A stretch of 63,820 nt of DNA, the filler included, from Guillardia theta CCMP2712 (Eukaryota; Protista; Cryptophyta): the NCBI RefSeq assembly GCF_000315625.1. It is 6 parts of 6 records of this genome, joined end to end, with 100 filler letters (N's around TTAATTAATTAA, not from the genome) between each part and the next. Parts side by side here need not be neighbours in the genome. Positions count along the whole stretch, not along the records: positions 7,463 to 26,264 come from NW_005434623.1; 5 more parts are not named here. One strand, written 5' to 3'. Shown here piece by piece: positions 12,433 through 23,865 of this stretch; the first letter of the stretch is position 1, and the number at the start of each line of letters is the position of its first letter. A program made the position numbers and the translations under genes. Under the pieces are notes generated by a model. That model was not told the DNA's origin, did no database searches, and was given only the letters and a program-made list of their open reading frames with translations.

Positions 12433-15186
12433 TCAACGTGACCGACCGGTGCAGTTGAGGTTGTCGATCTTGTCAATGATGATCCAGTCTTCTGGCTTGC
12501 CCCCCAGGCTCTTGGCGAGGACCTGTTGCACCATCAGCCCTCTCTTCCTGCCTGTTGCTTTCCTCCTCTGCTCTCTCATCTGCTCTCTTCTCGCATCTCC
12601 GCTCTGCATCTCCCTCTCCCTCTCCTCTCCCTCCTGTCGACCACTCCATCTTCTCGCTCTCTTCCTCACCTCGTGATCCACGTCCGTCTGCCTCCCAAGG
12701 TCAAGAGCCGCCGACAAGGCGGATTTGAGCTTGTCGACTGCATCAGCAGCGTCAATGAGGGCAAGGAAAAAGAATGCAGGAGCAGGAGGGAGAGCAGGAG
12801 CAGGAGGGAGAGCAGGAGCAGGGAGGAGAGCAGGAGGGGGAGCAGGAGCAGGAGGGGGAGCAGGGGCAAGGTTTCTACTACTTCGAGTAAGAACTTGGTC
12901 GGAAGTTTGACCATGGATGTCAAGTATCACATGGAGGTAGTGAAGGTCCGCAGCAGCCGATGGCTGGAGGACCTGAGGGTCCGTCAGGGCCCATGGTGGC
13001 TGTCAAAGAGTCGGAGGTACCTTGCCATCTGCAGACGAAACATCCGATTGCTGCAGCTGCAGAGAAAGTCAGTCCAGATCATTTCATGAGGTTTTGAAGG
13101 GAAGGATGAAGAAATTGATCATCCTCCTCTGAACCCCTACTCCTTGTGCTCTCCTCTCTTCCCTCCCTCTCTCGTTCTGTCTTCCTGTCCTGTCCTCTCC
13201 TGCTCTCTCCAACCCGTCGCCGCTCCAAGCAACAACCTTGTTCTCCACGATCTTCTCCAGGGTCTCGTCGCTAAGATCCTCCTGCGAACAAAGCATGAGA
13301 AGCGCAAACATCTCCCTCCCTCCCTCCCTCCCTCTCCCTCCCTCCCTCCTTCCCTCCCTCCTTCCCTCCCTCTCCCTCCCTCCCTCCCTCCCTCCCTCCC
13401 TCCCTCCCTCCTTCCCCCCCCTCCTTGTCAACTTACAGGGTTTCCTCCCAGCTCGACAGCCTCCATACGGATCTGGAGCAGCAGCAACGTCAGCGAGGCA
13501 GCACCACGACATCCCTGCCAGCTCCACCTTGTCAGCTGAAACGTTGAGGCCGACAGAGGACAGCGCGTCATGCACGACTTCAACACTCAGCTTGGTGCTG
13601 TTCTCCGACTTTCCAAAGTCCTTCACATACTGTACAGATCGCTGCACCGCCGAGCCCTCCAGCTCTGACTGCTCCTGTCCCCCCTTTCCAGCTCGTTTCC
13701 CCTCCCCCTCTTGCAAATGATGAAAGTCCAGCTCGTCCTTGCACCCCGTTAATCCATCGCACACCCTCACAACCCCGGGCTTCAGCACCTTCCCGTTCTC
13801 CAACCGGTCTCCCGGGCCCTTGGAGGAGAAGTCAGTGACAGGGTAATGAGCAACATCCGGCCGGCCCGCGTCTGTCTCCGCGCTATCATGGTTGTTGTTG
13901 ACGTTGAAGTCCCAAGGAAGGCCTTTGGTGTCCATCGACCCGTCCTCGATCTTCTGCCAGTGGCAGCCCGTGCCGTCACACACCTTCACAAGCTTCCCCT
14001 CCTTCCACTCCTCCTTGTTGTACTCGGGCATCGACTCCAGCACCTTGGAACCATCGCCCAGGATCTTGGAGCCAAGTTTCCTCGACTGGTAGAACTGCCG
14101 AGGGGAGGACGACTGGGCAGCAACACTTGCAGAGCTGTCTTGATTCCCAGCAGGGGCAACTGGCTTCACCTCCTCCTGGACCACCTCGTCGACCTGCGGG
14201 TCAATCTGAGAGTCCAGATAGTCCTGCAAACCTTCATGGGGGTCTGCCTTGACCGGCTTGATGGGAATTTTCTCCGGCGGCGGCAACCGTTCCCCGTCCG
14301 TATCCCACTGTTGGATCCCGATGCCTCTGTGCTGGACTCGAACCGAGCTCCCCGGATTCATAAACTTGAGATTCCCAAGACCACCCCCGTAGAAGGGCTG
14401 CCGATGGAGGGGGTCGTGGTACCCGTCGCCCTCCATCCCCCCCCTGCTCTGCCCCCCGAGCTCCCTTGCCATCTCTCTCTTAGCGTTGCGGTTGTTGGCA
14501 TCATACCCCGCCCATCCTCTCCCGCGCCCTCCGAACCTGCTAAACTTGTCTCCTACGTTGGGCGCCTCTTTGCCAGCCACAGTCTCCCCGTTGCCGTTCC
14601 AGATTTGCTTGGAGGGTTCATGGCAATTGTGATGGAGGCAAGGATGGGACTCGTACTTCTCGTGCGCTCCCATGCTCCATCCATGCTCGTCTGGAATGCT
14701 GGGGGTATCGCAGCTGTGTCCTTTGCACTCCCACCATTTCCGTTTGAATGACAGCTGCTGGCTCCTCGCTTTCCGCTGCTCGCTCTGTAAGGAAAGTTCA
14801 GATGCGACAACAGCGTCCGCCATGATCAGGAGGTAGCAGCTGTTCAGCAGATCGACGGCGTACCTTCTCGCCCTCCAACTCGCCCAGCAGGTTGGACATG
14901 AAGCTTGTGGAGTCTTTGATGGCCATGGATTGGTCCTGAGATGATACGTTACGGAGATTTCATCAAGACAGCAGAGCAAGTGAGCAGAAAACACGCACAG
15001 CTCCATCTCATCGGAACTTACCTGTCTGTCACCATTGAGCTGATATAATACCGTCTGGCTCTGCATATCGATCATGAGCGAGTATTAGGAGCAGCCACAA
15101 CATACCTTTTGCAAGTATCCTACTAGCCCGATGCACATGGCCGCGATCCCAATGAGCAGGAGCTGACTCCTACTGACAGGGACCAT
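12433..15186 (-). CDS. Hypothetical membrane-anchored or secreted protein, multi-exon
   Basis: N-terminal hydrophobic stretch LLLIGIAAMCIGLVGYL, a long open exon (about 13520-14790), and a last exon ending IDKIDNLNCTGRSR*. Confidence 0.6.
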
Positions 15187-15509
15187 CGCTGGAAATACGG
15201 CAAGATCAGAACCTTGACGCTGACTAGATAAGATCGCGAGGCAAACATTCACACAAAAACAACTCCCTCCAATCCAATATCCTTGACAACCCTCCATGCC
15301 TTGTCTCTGCCATGAGATAGATGAAGCATGCGTTTGCCATGAGATAGACTGCACTTGTTTCTCTCCTCCTTCGTCTGGAGTGACGTCTGCTGCCCTCACT
15401 TTCCCTCTCCCTCCCTCTTTCCTTCCTCCATGATCTCCTTTACGCACCCGCCTCTTCGCAAAATTTGCCGGTTCCTTCTACCACAATTGCATACAAGGAA
15501 CTACCGTGG

Positions 15510-15910
15510 TTCCTTACAGTGCCGGCCGGGCCGGCGCCGCCGGCCCCCGGGCGGCCGCGGGACGCCGGGTCAGGGAAACTTGCCAAGTTGCTTTCAACCC
15601 TGTGACCGCCATGACTAAGTATGGTACTCGTACGAGGAAAATCATGGCAGGAGAGTCGAGGAGGCTTGACCAGTGACTCCACTGACACTGACTCCTTCGC
15701 CGGCCGGTGTGACCGGCCTCAAACGGGCGACTCTGCCCGAGAAGAGAAAAGGCACAGCGAGAACCAATCATTGCACGCCGCCGGGTACTATGATCTTACT
15801 CAGGCCGCTCGTATCCTCACGCCGGGCGGTAGTGACTACGGTGCACCTCTCAGGCCATACTACGGCCTCGCTCGGACTCAGAGTCAAATTAAGTACCGTC
15901 GTACTTGATC
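15510..15910. other. GC-rich intergenic island
   Basis: GC palindromic words; shares a core with 39608-39665. Confidence 0.6.
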
Positions 15911-15993
15911 GTCCGATGTTCTCGAAAACCACTATTATCATGCCTTTACTTCCATAAAATACAACGCCACATGCACTGAGAACGAAACAACAA

Positions 15994-16704
15994 CTAGAAA
16001 CCCCCCCGCATTCTCAGGCGGAATAATGACTCGAGAATCCCCACAAACATCCGTGCCCTGGCCCCTTTCCTTCCCCCAAACGGATGGCGCGCAGAGTCCT
16101 TAAGCAGAGTCTCATCCCCTGAAGAGTTGCCAACACTCACATCACGGCAATTCAGAGGGGCTTTCTGTCGCGAGCTGTCCCGACCCGTTTCTATGGAGTA
16201 AGTGAAGTCTATTCCGTTCTTTCGAAGGCAAACAACACCCTTGCTCGTGTCAAACGGTTGAGATCTCTTCAGAGAGAAGACGGGATGGACTTGTTGCATC
16301 GAAGACAACTTGTCCTCTTGCGGAGCTCCGAGGATCTCCCATGGGCCCTGCTTCAAAGAAAGAATGGGTGCCTCTTGGGTTGGTAACAGTCTGCTCCTAA
16401 AAGATTTCACAAGCCTCTCCCGAAAGAAAACGCTGGCCCATGACTTCTGGTCCTGGTTCGCATCCCTCTTAGCAAACTGTTGGCTCAAATTCCCGAGTCT
16501 TTGTTTCATCAGCTTGCTGGAAAGAGTTTCTGCTGGCGAGTTCGAATCGATCTGCTCCTTCCTCGCATCGCTGTCCCACGAGAAGAGAGTTTCGACACTC
16601 CAACGATGATGGCCCTCATACATCATCAGCCCTTTTGTCGCATTGATGTAGTCTTGATCGGCATACACGTCCGACATCGAGCTTTCGGCTTGAATCAAGT
16701 GCAT
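15994..16704 (-). CDS. Hypothetical 236-aa protein ending in LRMRGGF
   Basis: Uninterrupted non-repetitive ORF; no family recognised. Confidence 0.45.
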   Translation of the reverse strand: MHLIQAESSMSDVYADQDYINATKGLMMYEGHHRWSVETLFSWDSDARKEQIDSNSPAETLSSKLMKQRLGNLSQQFAKRDANQDQKSWASVFFRERLVKSFRSRLLPTQEAPILSLKQGPWEILGAPQEDKLSSMQQVHPVFSLKRSQPFDTSKGVVCLRKNGIDFTYSIETGRDSSRQKAPLNCRDVSVGNSSGDETLLKDSARHPFGGRKGARARMFVGILESLFRLRMRGGF

Positions 16705-17639
16705 ACTCGCAGAGCCTTTTACCGAGGTAGGAGCTGCCGGGCTAATCTTTCATTGGGCTAGCCCTTGGCCTTCACTCAACTCCGATCTGCGCAATGGCAC
16801 TGCAGAATTTGCCAGCAAAATGGCGTGCGATTTTTGAATGGCCAGCAATGTGTGCAGAAAATATGGATCAAAGAGTGACTAGACACCAACAGACCTCTAG
16901 CGGTGAAGCGAAAGCAACTAAATCAGCCTTCTGGAATGTGCAGGAGTATCGAGCAACGGAGAGAGCAAACCAATCAAGAGAAAAGGGGTAGCAGAGTGTA
17001 GCAGTGCACTAGGCCGACAGAGCAAGCAGAGCAGAGACAGAATATTCCAAGACACGGCGCAGGCCTTACAAGTTTGGGGTGGAGGAGAACCTTCACAAGA
17101 AAGGGAAGGGGGATAAAGGGTGGGGTACGTACGGGTGTTCTAAAGGGGAATGGGGGAGAAAGAAGGGGTAGGTGGGTCATACATGTTGGGCCAAAAGTAT
17201 CTTTTTCGAAAAGGAGGCTGACATTCTTGACATGAAGAGATGTATTAATGGATCGTTTCGACTATCAGGATCCCCTTCTATAGTGAAGTTTCTAAAGATT
17301 TTAAGCTATATAGTCAAAACTATTCCCCCTACCACGGTACATGGAACTAATTTCATATAGGTTTATTTATGTTTTATTCCTACATGGGTACCTTGCTTAG
17401 ACAAATCAAATTCATTAATATAGTCAAATTTCTAAACCTTGCTCGCCCAGGCAAGAGGCGTAGGAGAGAAACAGGAAGATTTCATTCTTTGCTCCTCTAC
17501 CCTCCCCTCTCTACTACAAAGATCTTTCAATTGACCTCTTAAGAAAACACCCAAATGATATCTCCTGGCTTGTTTGCCAACATAAAGGGTCTTAATTCGA
17601 AAACAGGGGTGTAGCGTGTGGAGTACCGTACCCTACTAT

Positions 17640-18330
17640 GGGTCCGGCCGGGTCACCAAGGGTCACCAAACATACAACTTCAACGCCGGACCGTCCGGAC
17701 TCAGCGAGTCGGGAGCCGCTGAGCTAGCGGATGACCCGCCGGATCGGACCGTACGGAGTACCGGACTCGGCCCGGCCCGGCGGCCGGGCCCACGGTTCGA
17801 CCCGGTGACCGTCGGACTCCGAGTCCGACTCCGAGGCTCGGCGGAGCGGCTCGCTCGGCCGAGGGCGCGGCCCGGGCCCGAACTCGGAAGCCTTCAGTCC
17901 GTGCCACGGCCACGCCGGGGCCGCCGTTCACGGTGCCAGTGTACGGTCCGACGGTCGGACCGACCGACCGTCTGACGCCGCCGACGGCCGCCGCTTAGAC
18001 GTCGGACACGGACCGGCCGCCGGCCCCGCTGCGCGGTGCGGTGAGCCCCGAGGCTCCCGGAGCCTCGGAGTCCGACTCGGCGAGCAACGGGGCTCGCCCG
18101 GGACTCGGGAGTGACCGTGGCATGCGACTCCGATGATCAGTCATGATGATTTGCCATGATTGCAGTGCAGCCTGACTGAAATGTTACGGTCTGAGTCATG
18201 GTCCGATCTGGCATCTGGCACTAGCGGCGGCATCGGCTGCCGCGCGGGCCGGTGCCGCTCAGGGCGCTTCCGAAGTCAGTCCAAACTCGGAAGTTCACTG
18301 AGTCAGAGAGCGGCAGCGCGGCCTGAACTC
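17640..18330. other. GC-rich intergenic island
   Basis: Repeated words CCGAGTC/GACTCGG, CGGTCCGA, GGCCCGGCC, ACCGTACGG. Confidence 0.65.
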
Positions 18331-18419
18331 AGTTGTGTCTTTGTCAAGCCTTTTCATTCAGACTAGTTAAATTTATGCGAAATCAAACCGAACTGGTGGC
18401 CGTGTGCGTGGTCGAGACC

Positions 18420-19052
18420 TCAAACAAGCTTTTTGAAGATACAGTAAATGAACGGTCTTTCCTGTCCCCAGGTAGTCATGTACGTGAAGTCGTGTGACTT
18501 CAATAGCGCATAGTCCTTGCCAAGAAACTCTGAAAGGGAAGATGGCGAGTACTGTTTGACGTCAAGCCCACTACACTTGGTGATTCCGCCAATGGCAAAA
18601 GTGGAAATTATCGCGAATCCTCCTTTCATCAGGGAGCTGTCAAGAACCTTACGATACTGTTCACGGTCTTCCTCCTTAACAAAGAAGTGCAGCACAGCTC
18701 GATCATGCCAGATCATGACATCCTGGATGTCCTTCATCTTTGTTGGATGTGTCAGGTCATCCACTACAAAGTCCACCCGACCGACTCCTTTCTGCCCAAC
18801 GCGTTGACGAGTGATGTCGAGCGCTGCTTCGCTGATGTCCACAGCAGTAAGGTTGGTGTATCCGGCCTCAAGAAGGTAGTCGATCAACACTGAAGACCCG
18901 GAACCAACATCCAGGACCCGACAAGACTTGTCAACTTGGCACTCTTGGATGAGGTCCAGAGAAGGCTGAGGGACCCGTTCGTACCAGCCCAGTTTTTCTT
19001 GTTCACTGTTGCTGTACTTGTCGTTCCAATGTCTCTGAAATGAAATCTCCAT
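18420..19052 (-). CDS. Class I SAM-dependent methyltransferase, intronless and bacterial-like
   Basis: Motif I VLDVGSGSS, AVDISEAAL, WHDRAVLHFF, GITKCSGLDV; ATG at 19052. Confidence 0.92.
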   Translation of the reverse strand: MEISFQRHWNDKYSNSEQEKLGWYERVPQPSLDLIQECQVDKSCRVLDVGSGSSVLIDYLLEAGYTNLTAVDISEAALDITRQRVGQKGVGRVDFVVDDLTHPTKMKDIQDVMIWHDRAVLHFFVKEEDREQYRKVLDSSLMKGGFAIISTFAIGGITKCSGLDVKQYSPSSLSEFLGKDYALLKSHDFTYMTTWGQERPFIYCIFKKLV

Positions 19053-19136
19053 GTTTGTGAATGATTCTGAATGCGCAAGGGCGAGTGAAATGTAAGGCAG
19101 AGATCTGAACAAGTAAGGAAAGGTAGGGAGGGACAA

Positions 19137-19137
<1 letters not shown>

Positions 19138-19204
<67 letters not shown>
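19138..19204. repeat. (GCAG)n microsatellite
   Basis: Directly visible. Confidence 0.95.
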
Positions 19205-19549
19205 AGGGAAGGGATCGATAACAGAACAGGTCAAGTGGACAAGATGATCGAGTCGACGATCAGATCAGTGGCAACGAGTTGAGAGTGGGAGCTTGCAATC
19301 GTTTGTGCGGGCCGGGAGGGAGAAATTTTCAGATGTGGCCAGGTGCTTTCAGGAATCGACTACCCCTCATTTTCCCAATTATTTCCTTCAGATGAGGGGG
19401 TACAGGGTGGGGAGGGAACACCGGTGTTTCGACCAGAACACGGCCGCGGCCAAGTCATGGACCCTCACGGATCCAACCCTGTACCCTTCAACCACCCCCA
19501 CCCCTTTTATTGAGACTGCCTGGACCCCTCGCGGTCCCACAGTCCGTGA

Positions 19550-19985
19550 CTGAATTCAAGTTTAACTTAACTTTGGCCGTACGGCGCCGCTCGCTGCCCG
19601 GCCGCTCAGCCGAGTGCCGCGGCACCGGGCCCTGCCGCCGGGCGGCGGCGGCGTATATCTCAGTCTTGTCTTAGACGGTTGGCACAAGTTTTCAAGTTTT
19701 GTATCCGCCGCCGCCGAGCCTCGGAGTCCGGGAGTCGGAACTTGAATCCGAGTAGCCGGGCCTGACCGGCGTGAACCGAACTTCGGAAGACCGACGCCGT
19801 TCGGAACTTCCGACCGGAACTCCCGGCGAGTCCGAAGTTATGAGGAGGCTACGGCAGTGCCGCTGTCACTGCCGCGGCTGCAGCGCATCTGGCGCGGCCA
19901 CGACTCGACGCCCGGGCCCGTCCGTCTCAGCATGCAGCCAGGGCCACTGAGGCGGCCGGCGCCGCGGGCCGGCCCCCCCGGCCCT
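19550..19985. other. GC-rich intergenic island between divergent genes
   Basis: Same word vocabulary (AACTTCGGA, CCGAGTC, GGCCGGCC). Confidence 0.6.
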
Positions 19986-20229
19986 CATATGGCATAATAT
20001 ATGACCGTTTGGGGCATAGGAAAGCCCATAGGGGGCGCCCATCTATCGACGTGCAAAGAATTCCAAAAATACCAGTAGGATGGTCATATTTCAACTGTCA
20101 TGTACCGGTACCTTTACATTTTGTTTTTTTGCGTTCTCGCAGTCTTTGTTGGGGAAAGTGAGGAATGCTGGAAGCTCGCGTGGGCAACCGCGCCATGGTT
20201 GCGTGAGCGAGAGGCGGGCGAGAGGAGCG

Positions 20230-21015
20230 ATGAGAAGAGCAGCTGCATTGGTTCTCAAGACTCCAAGGATCTTGCTCGAGCTCATGCTCCTGCTCAACTC
20301 TCTGAAGTTCACCCAGAGCTTTCTTCCTTCTCTTGCCTGGCAGCGACTGCCATTGCAATGCATGGCTAGCTACCGCCATTACACCACACCCTTCAACCAG
20401 CGGCTAAGGAGGGAGAGAGCTAACGTCTTTTCCAGATGCTCTTGCGTACAAACTCTCAGCTCGAGCTCCGCATCAAGTGATTCTTTAGTTTGCCCTACGA
20501 TATCGGCCAAGCCTCTCAAGGATCCTTTTGCTTCGAAGCTGCTAGTTGATGCAGAGCAAGCGGATGCAGCTCAGCCTCTTGCCGAGAGCATTGTAGAGAA
20601 GCTCTCGCGCCATGGGATTGTGGTAGTGCCCAACTTTGTCTCGCCGGAACATGTTGCGGAGATGCGTACAGAAATGCTGGAGAAGGAGGAGCGAGGCTTG
20701 TTCAAACAAGCAGACATCGGCAGAGGGAGCGACCAGAAGCACAGGCCAGACGTGCGAGGGGATGAGATTGCCTGGATCAACGGAGTGGAGGACGTCTCCT
20801 CCAGAGCCTCGCTCCGCTTCCTCGAGGATCTCGAGCACATCCGTCAGCTCATAAACCGCGCGCTCTTCCTCGGCATCTTCCAGCTCGAGTGTCACTTTGC
20901 CAGCTACTCCTCAGGAACCTTCTACGTCAAGCACCTCGACCAGGTGAGATGCTTTTCTCTGCTCCTGACGCGAAACCCTTCCTTTCCTTTGCCTGCCTGC
21001 CTGCCTGCCTGCCTA

Positions 21016-21063
<48 letters not shown>

Positions 21064-21455
21064 GCATTCGTTCCTCCCCCCCNNNNNNNNNNNNNNNNNN
21101 NNNNNNNNNNNNNNNNNNNNNNNNNNNNNNNNNNNNNNNNNNNNNNNNNNNNNNNNNNNNNNNNNNNNNNNNNNNNNNNNNNCCCTCGCTCCCTCCCTCG
21201 CTCCCTCCCTCGCTCCCTCCCTCACTCCCCCCCCTTGATCACTTTCTCCCTCCCTCCCTCCAGTCACCTATCTGATCGGGGCTGCTAGCGGCTGAGAGCG
21301 GCCAGTTCGACTTGAGCGAGCTGGAGGAGGCGATGGAGGTGGTGCCGGTAGGAGGGACTCTTGTGTTGTTCCTCAGCGAGTGGTTCCCGCACGAGGTGCT
21401 TCTGAGCAAGAAGCAGCGAAGGAGTCTGACAGGATGGTTTCTACGACGAGACTGA
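20230..21455 (+). CDS. 2OG-Fe(II) oxygenase (EGLN/SM-20 prolyl-hydroxylase-like) with putative plastid presequence
   Basis: VRGDEIAWI, ECHFASY, YVKHLD (HxD), FPHEVL...RRSLTGWF. Internal N gap. N-terminus is hydrophobic and followed by TQS-F. Confidence 0.9.
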
Positions 21456-21702
21456 CGGGCGCTGGAGGATGGAAAGGAACAGGAGCGGGAGGGAAAAGGA
21501 GGAGGGGCAAGGAGTGAAGAAGACATTTATTAAGTATATACATTGGTTCTCTTCTAGATATGATGAAATGCAAACTATGAAGCAACTCTTAGATATCCGC
21601 AAAGTCTCAGCTCTCACCTAGGATGCAAGTGAGAAACAAGGAAGAAAGAGATCGAAGGGGGTCGAACATCGACGGCAATGGTGACGATCATGGGGAGGGA
21701 TA

Positions 21703-23865
21703 TCAGATGATGACAGCAGAGAGATAGCATCTTTTGGACGGCATCTGCATATCGGATCTCCACACCCCAGAGAGCAAGTCGTAACTCTCGACGATAGACA
21801 TCGACCTAAGACAGCCATGTCAGCCTCTCCTCCTCCGTCCAACCACAAGATACATCATAATGACCATCCACCTCCTCCTCTCCCCCTCCCCTTCCCCCCC
21901 TCCTCCTATTTTTGGTCTCACCTCCCATCGTTTCCTCCCACAGTGAAGAGCCTGCCAGCCACCACACAAGCAGCAAAAGCGCTTCTGCTTGATGGCATCG
22001 GCGACTCGACCTGCCACTCTCCTGTCCTAGGGTCGAAACATTCGACAGTGGACAGGAAGGAGCGACCGTCGTATCCTCCGAGGCAGTAGATCTTGTCTTG
22101 CAGCACAACTGCAGCCAGCCCGCTCCTCTTCGTCGGCATCTGCGTCTCAATCCTCCACTCTCCCGTGCTCGGGTCGTAGCTCTCCAGAGCGTTGAGGAAG
22201 TTCCGTCCGTCGTATCCTCCGATGGCGTAGATGCGGTTGCCATACACCACACACGCTAGTCCGCTCCTCTTGGACGGCATCGGGGCTTCGCTCCTCCACT
22301 CGCCCAGCCGAGGATCGTAGCACTCGACCGTGTTGAGCCAGCTCGACCCGTCGTACCCTCCCAGCGCAAACATGCGGCCGTGCAGTACACATGCGGTGAG
22401 AGCTCTTCTCTTCGAGGGCATCGGAACCTCTGAACGCCATGTTGCGGTCCCGGCGTCGAAAGACTCCACAGTCGCCAGATCCCTCCTGCCATCGTTTCCT
22501 CCGATAGCAAAGATCCGGCCATCGAGCACTACGGCTGCCAGGGCGCCTCTCTTGGACAACATGGGGGACTCCGTCCTCCACAGCCCCGTCTGAATGTCGT
22601 AGCTTTCCACCGTCGCAAGCTGCCCTCCACCATCGTATCCCCCAAGCGCGTAGAGCATCTCGCCCATCCTTCCTCCTACTGTAGGCCAGATTGAGGCTCC
22701 GTCAATCCCTGACCCTGGCCGCATACCATCGTAGGAGCCGGCTGCCATTGGGTCGAGGATGAACTGGTTGCCGTCGGGGGCCTCCCACTGGTACATGTTC
22801 TGCAGGGAGTGCTGCATCTGCAGGTCGTCGGGGATGTCAACACCGGGGATCACGTTCTCGTGCGTCGGAACTCTGTCGTGAACATCCTGAGGCATCTGCA
22901 TGTGCTGTGCGTCGAACTGACCGTCCCCCGGCATCTTCACCTCCTCGTTGTGCCCCACATGGTGTTGGGAGGCAGTGTCGTGCGGGAGATGGGCCGGATA
23001 CGAGTCAGCAGCTGCGGGTGGGGCGGGAGGGGCGGGAGGGTGCTGTGGAATAGCGTCAGATACAGCCACTCCGAACAAGTAGCTGAGACCTGCTGCTGAT
23101 CGTTGGTGACCTGTCCTTGTTTCTCCGCCGCCTGCTTCTGGTGCAGCCGTAAGAGAGGACAAGTGGAGAAATCAGCTCTCCTACCTCTTGCTCCTGCTTC
23201 CCCTCGCCTCCCTTGTCTCCTCCTGCATCGCCTTGAGGCCCGGTACCCGGCCCATGACCAGGTGGCTCCTGGGAACCCTCAGCCTTGTCCTGCCCTGCAG
23301 CTTTCGATCCCGTCGAGGCCGAACGTTGACCTGTGGTACCGGCTGAGCTGGAGCGAGTCGAGCCCGCACTGGCTGCCCCTCCACGTCCTCTTCCACGCGT
23401 TCCAGAGCCTCTCGGAGTTCCACCTCCCCTTCCTCTCCCTGGGCGACCTCGGCGCTTCGGAGTGGCAGACTGATCGTCGGGGGAGGTGGCAGATGCCTTA
23501 GCCTCGTTCGCATCGTTCTTCTTGTCCTCGTCTTGTTGGTGCCGATCAGCATCAGCATATTCTCTCTTGCTCGTCTTGTCATCCTCAGCGTCAGTTCCCC
23601 GATCACCTTCCTTCGCCTCCTCCTCATTCTCCCCTCCTCGCAAGAAAAGATTCCCAGCCCTTGAACGTGGCTCCTCTGCGATCAAGACCCGTCTCGCACG
23701 TAGCTTGAGAGGACGAGCAAGGCTACCGAACTTGCCCCCAGCCATGATCTCACCGCTTCTGGGGGCTGCACTGAAAGGTCCTCCCCCCAAGACTGCATGG
23801 CCAAGGGCAACCGCTGACAGGAGGAGGGGGACGAAGCAGCACAAGGGAAACTTGAATCGACTCAT
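21703..23865 (-). CDS. Kelch-repeat (six-blade) protein with signal peptide, LRGG motif and AT-hook-like segment
   Basis: Six repeats of YALGGYDG...VESYD...WR.E..MPSKR; final exon SMSIVESYDLLSGVWRSDMQMPSKRCYLSAVII*; N-terminal FPLCCFVPLLLSAVALG. Confidence 0.92.

Noticed and set aside
17616-17975. Arg/Pro/Gly-rich ORFs in GC islands
   Set aside because: Open frames caused by GC richness; no coding pattern
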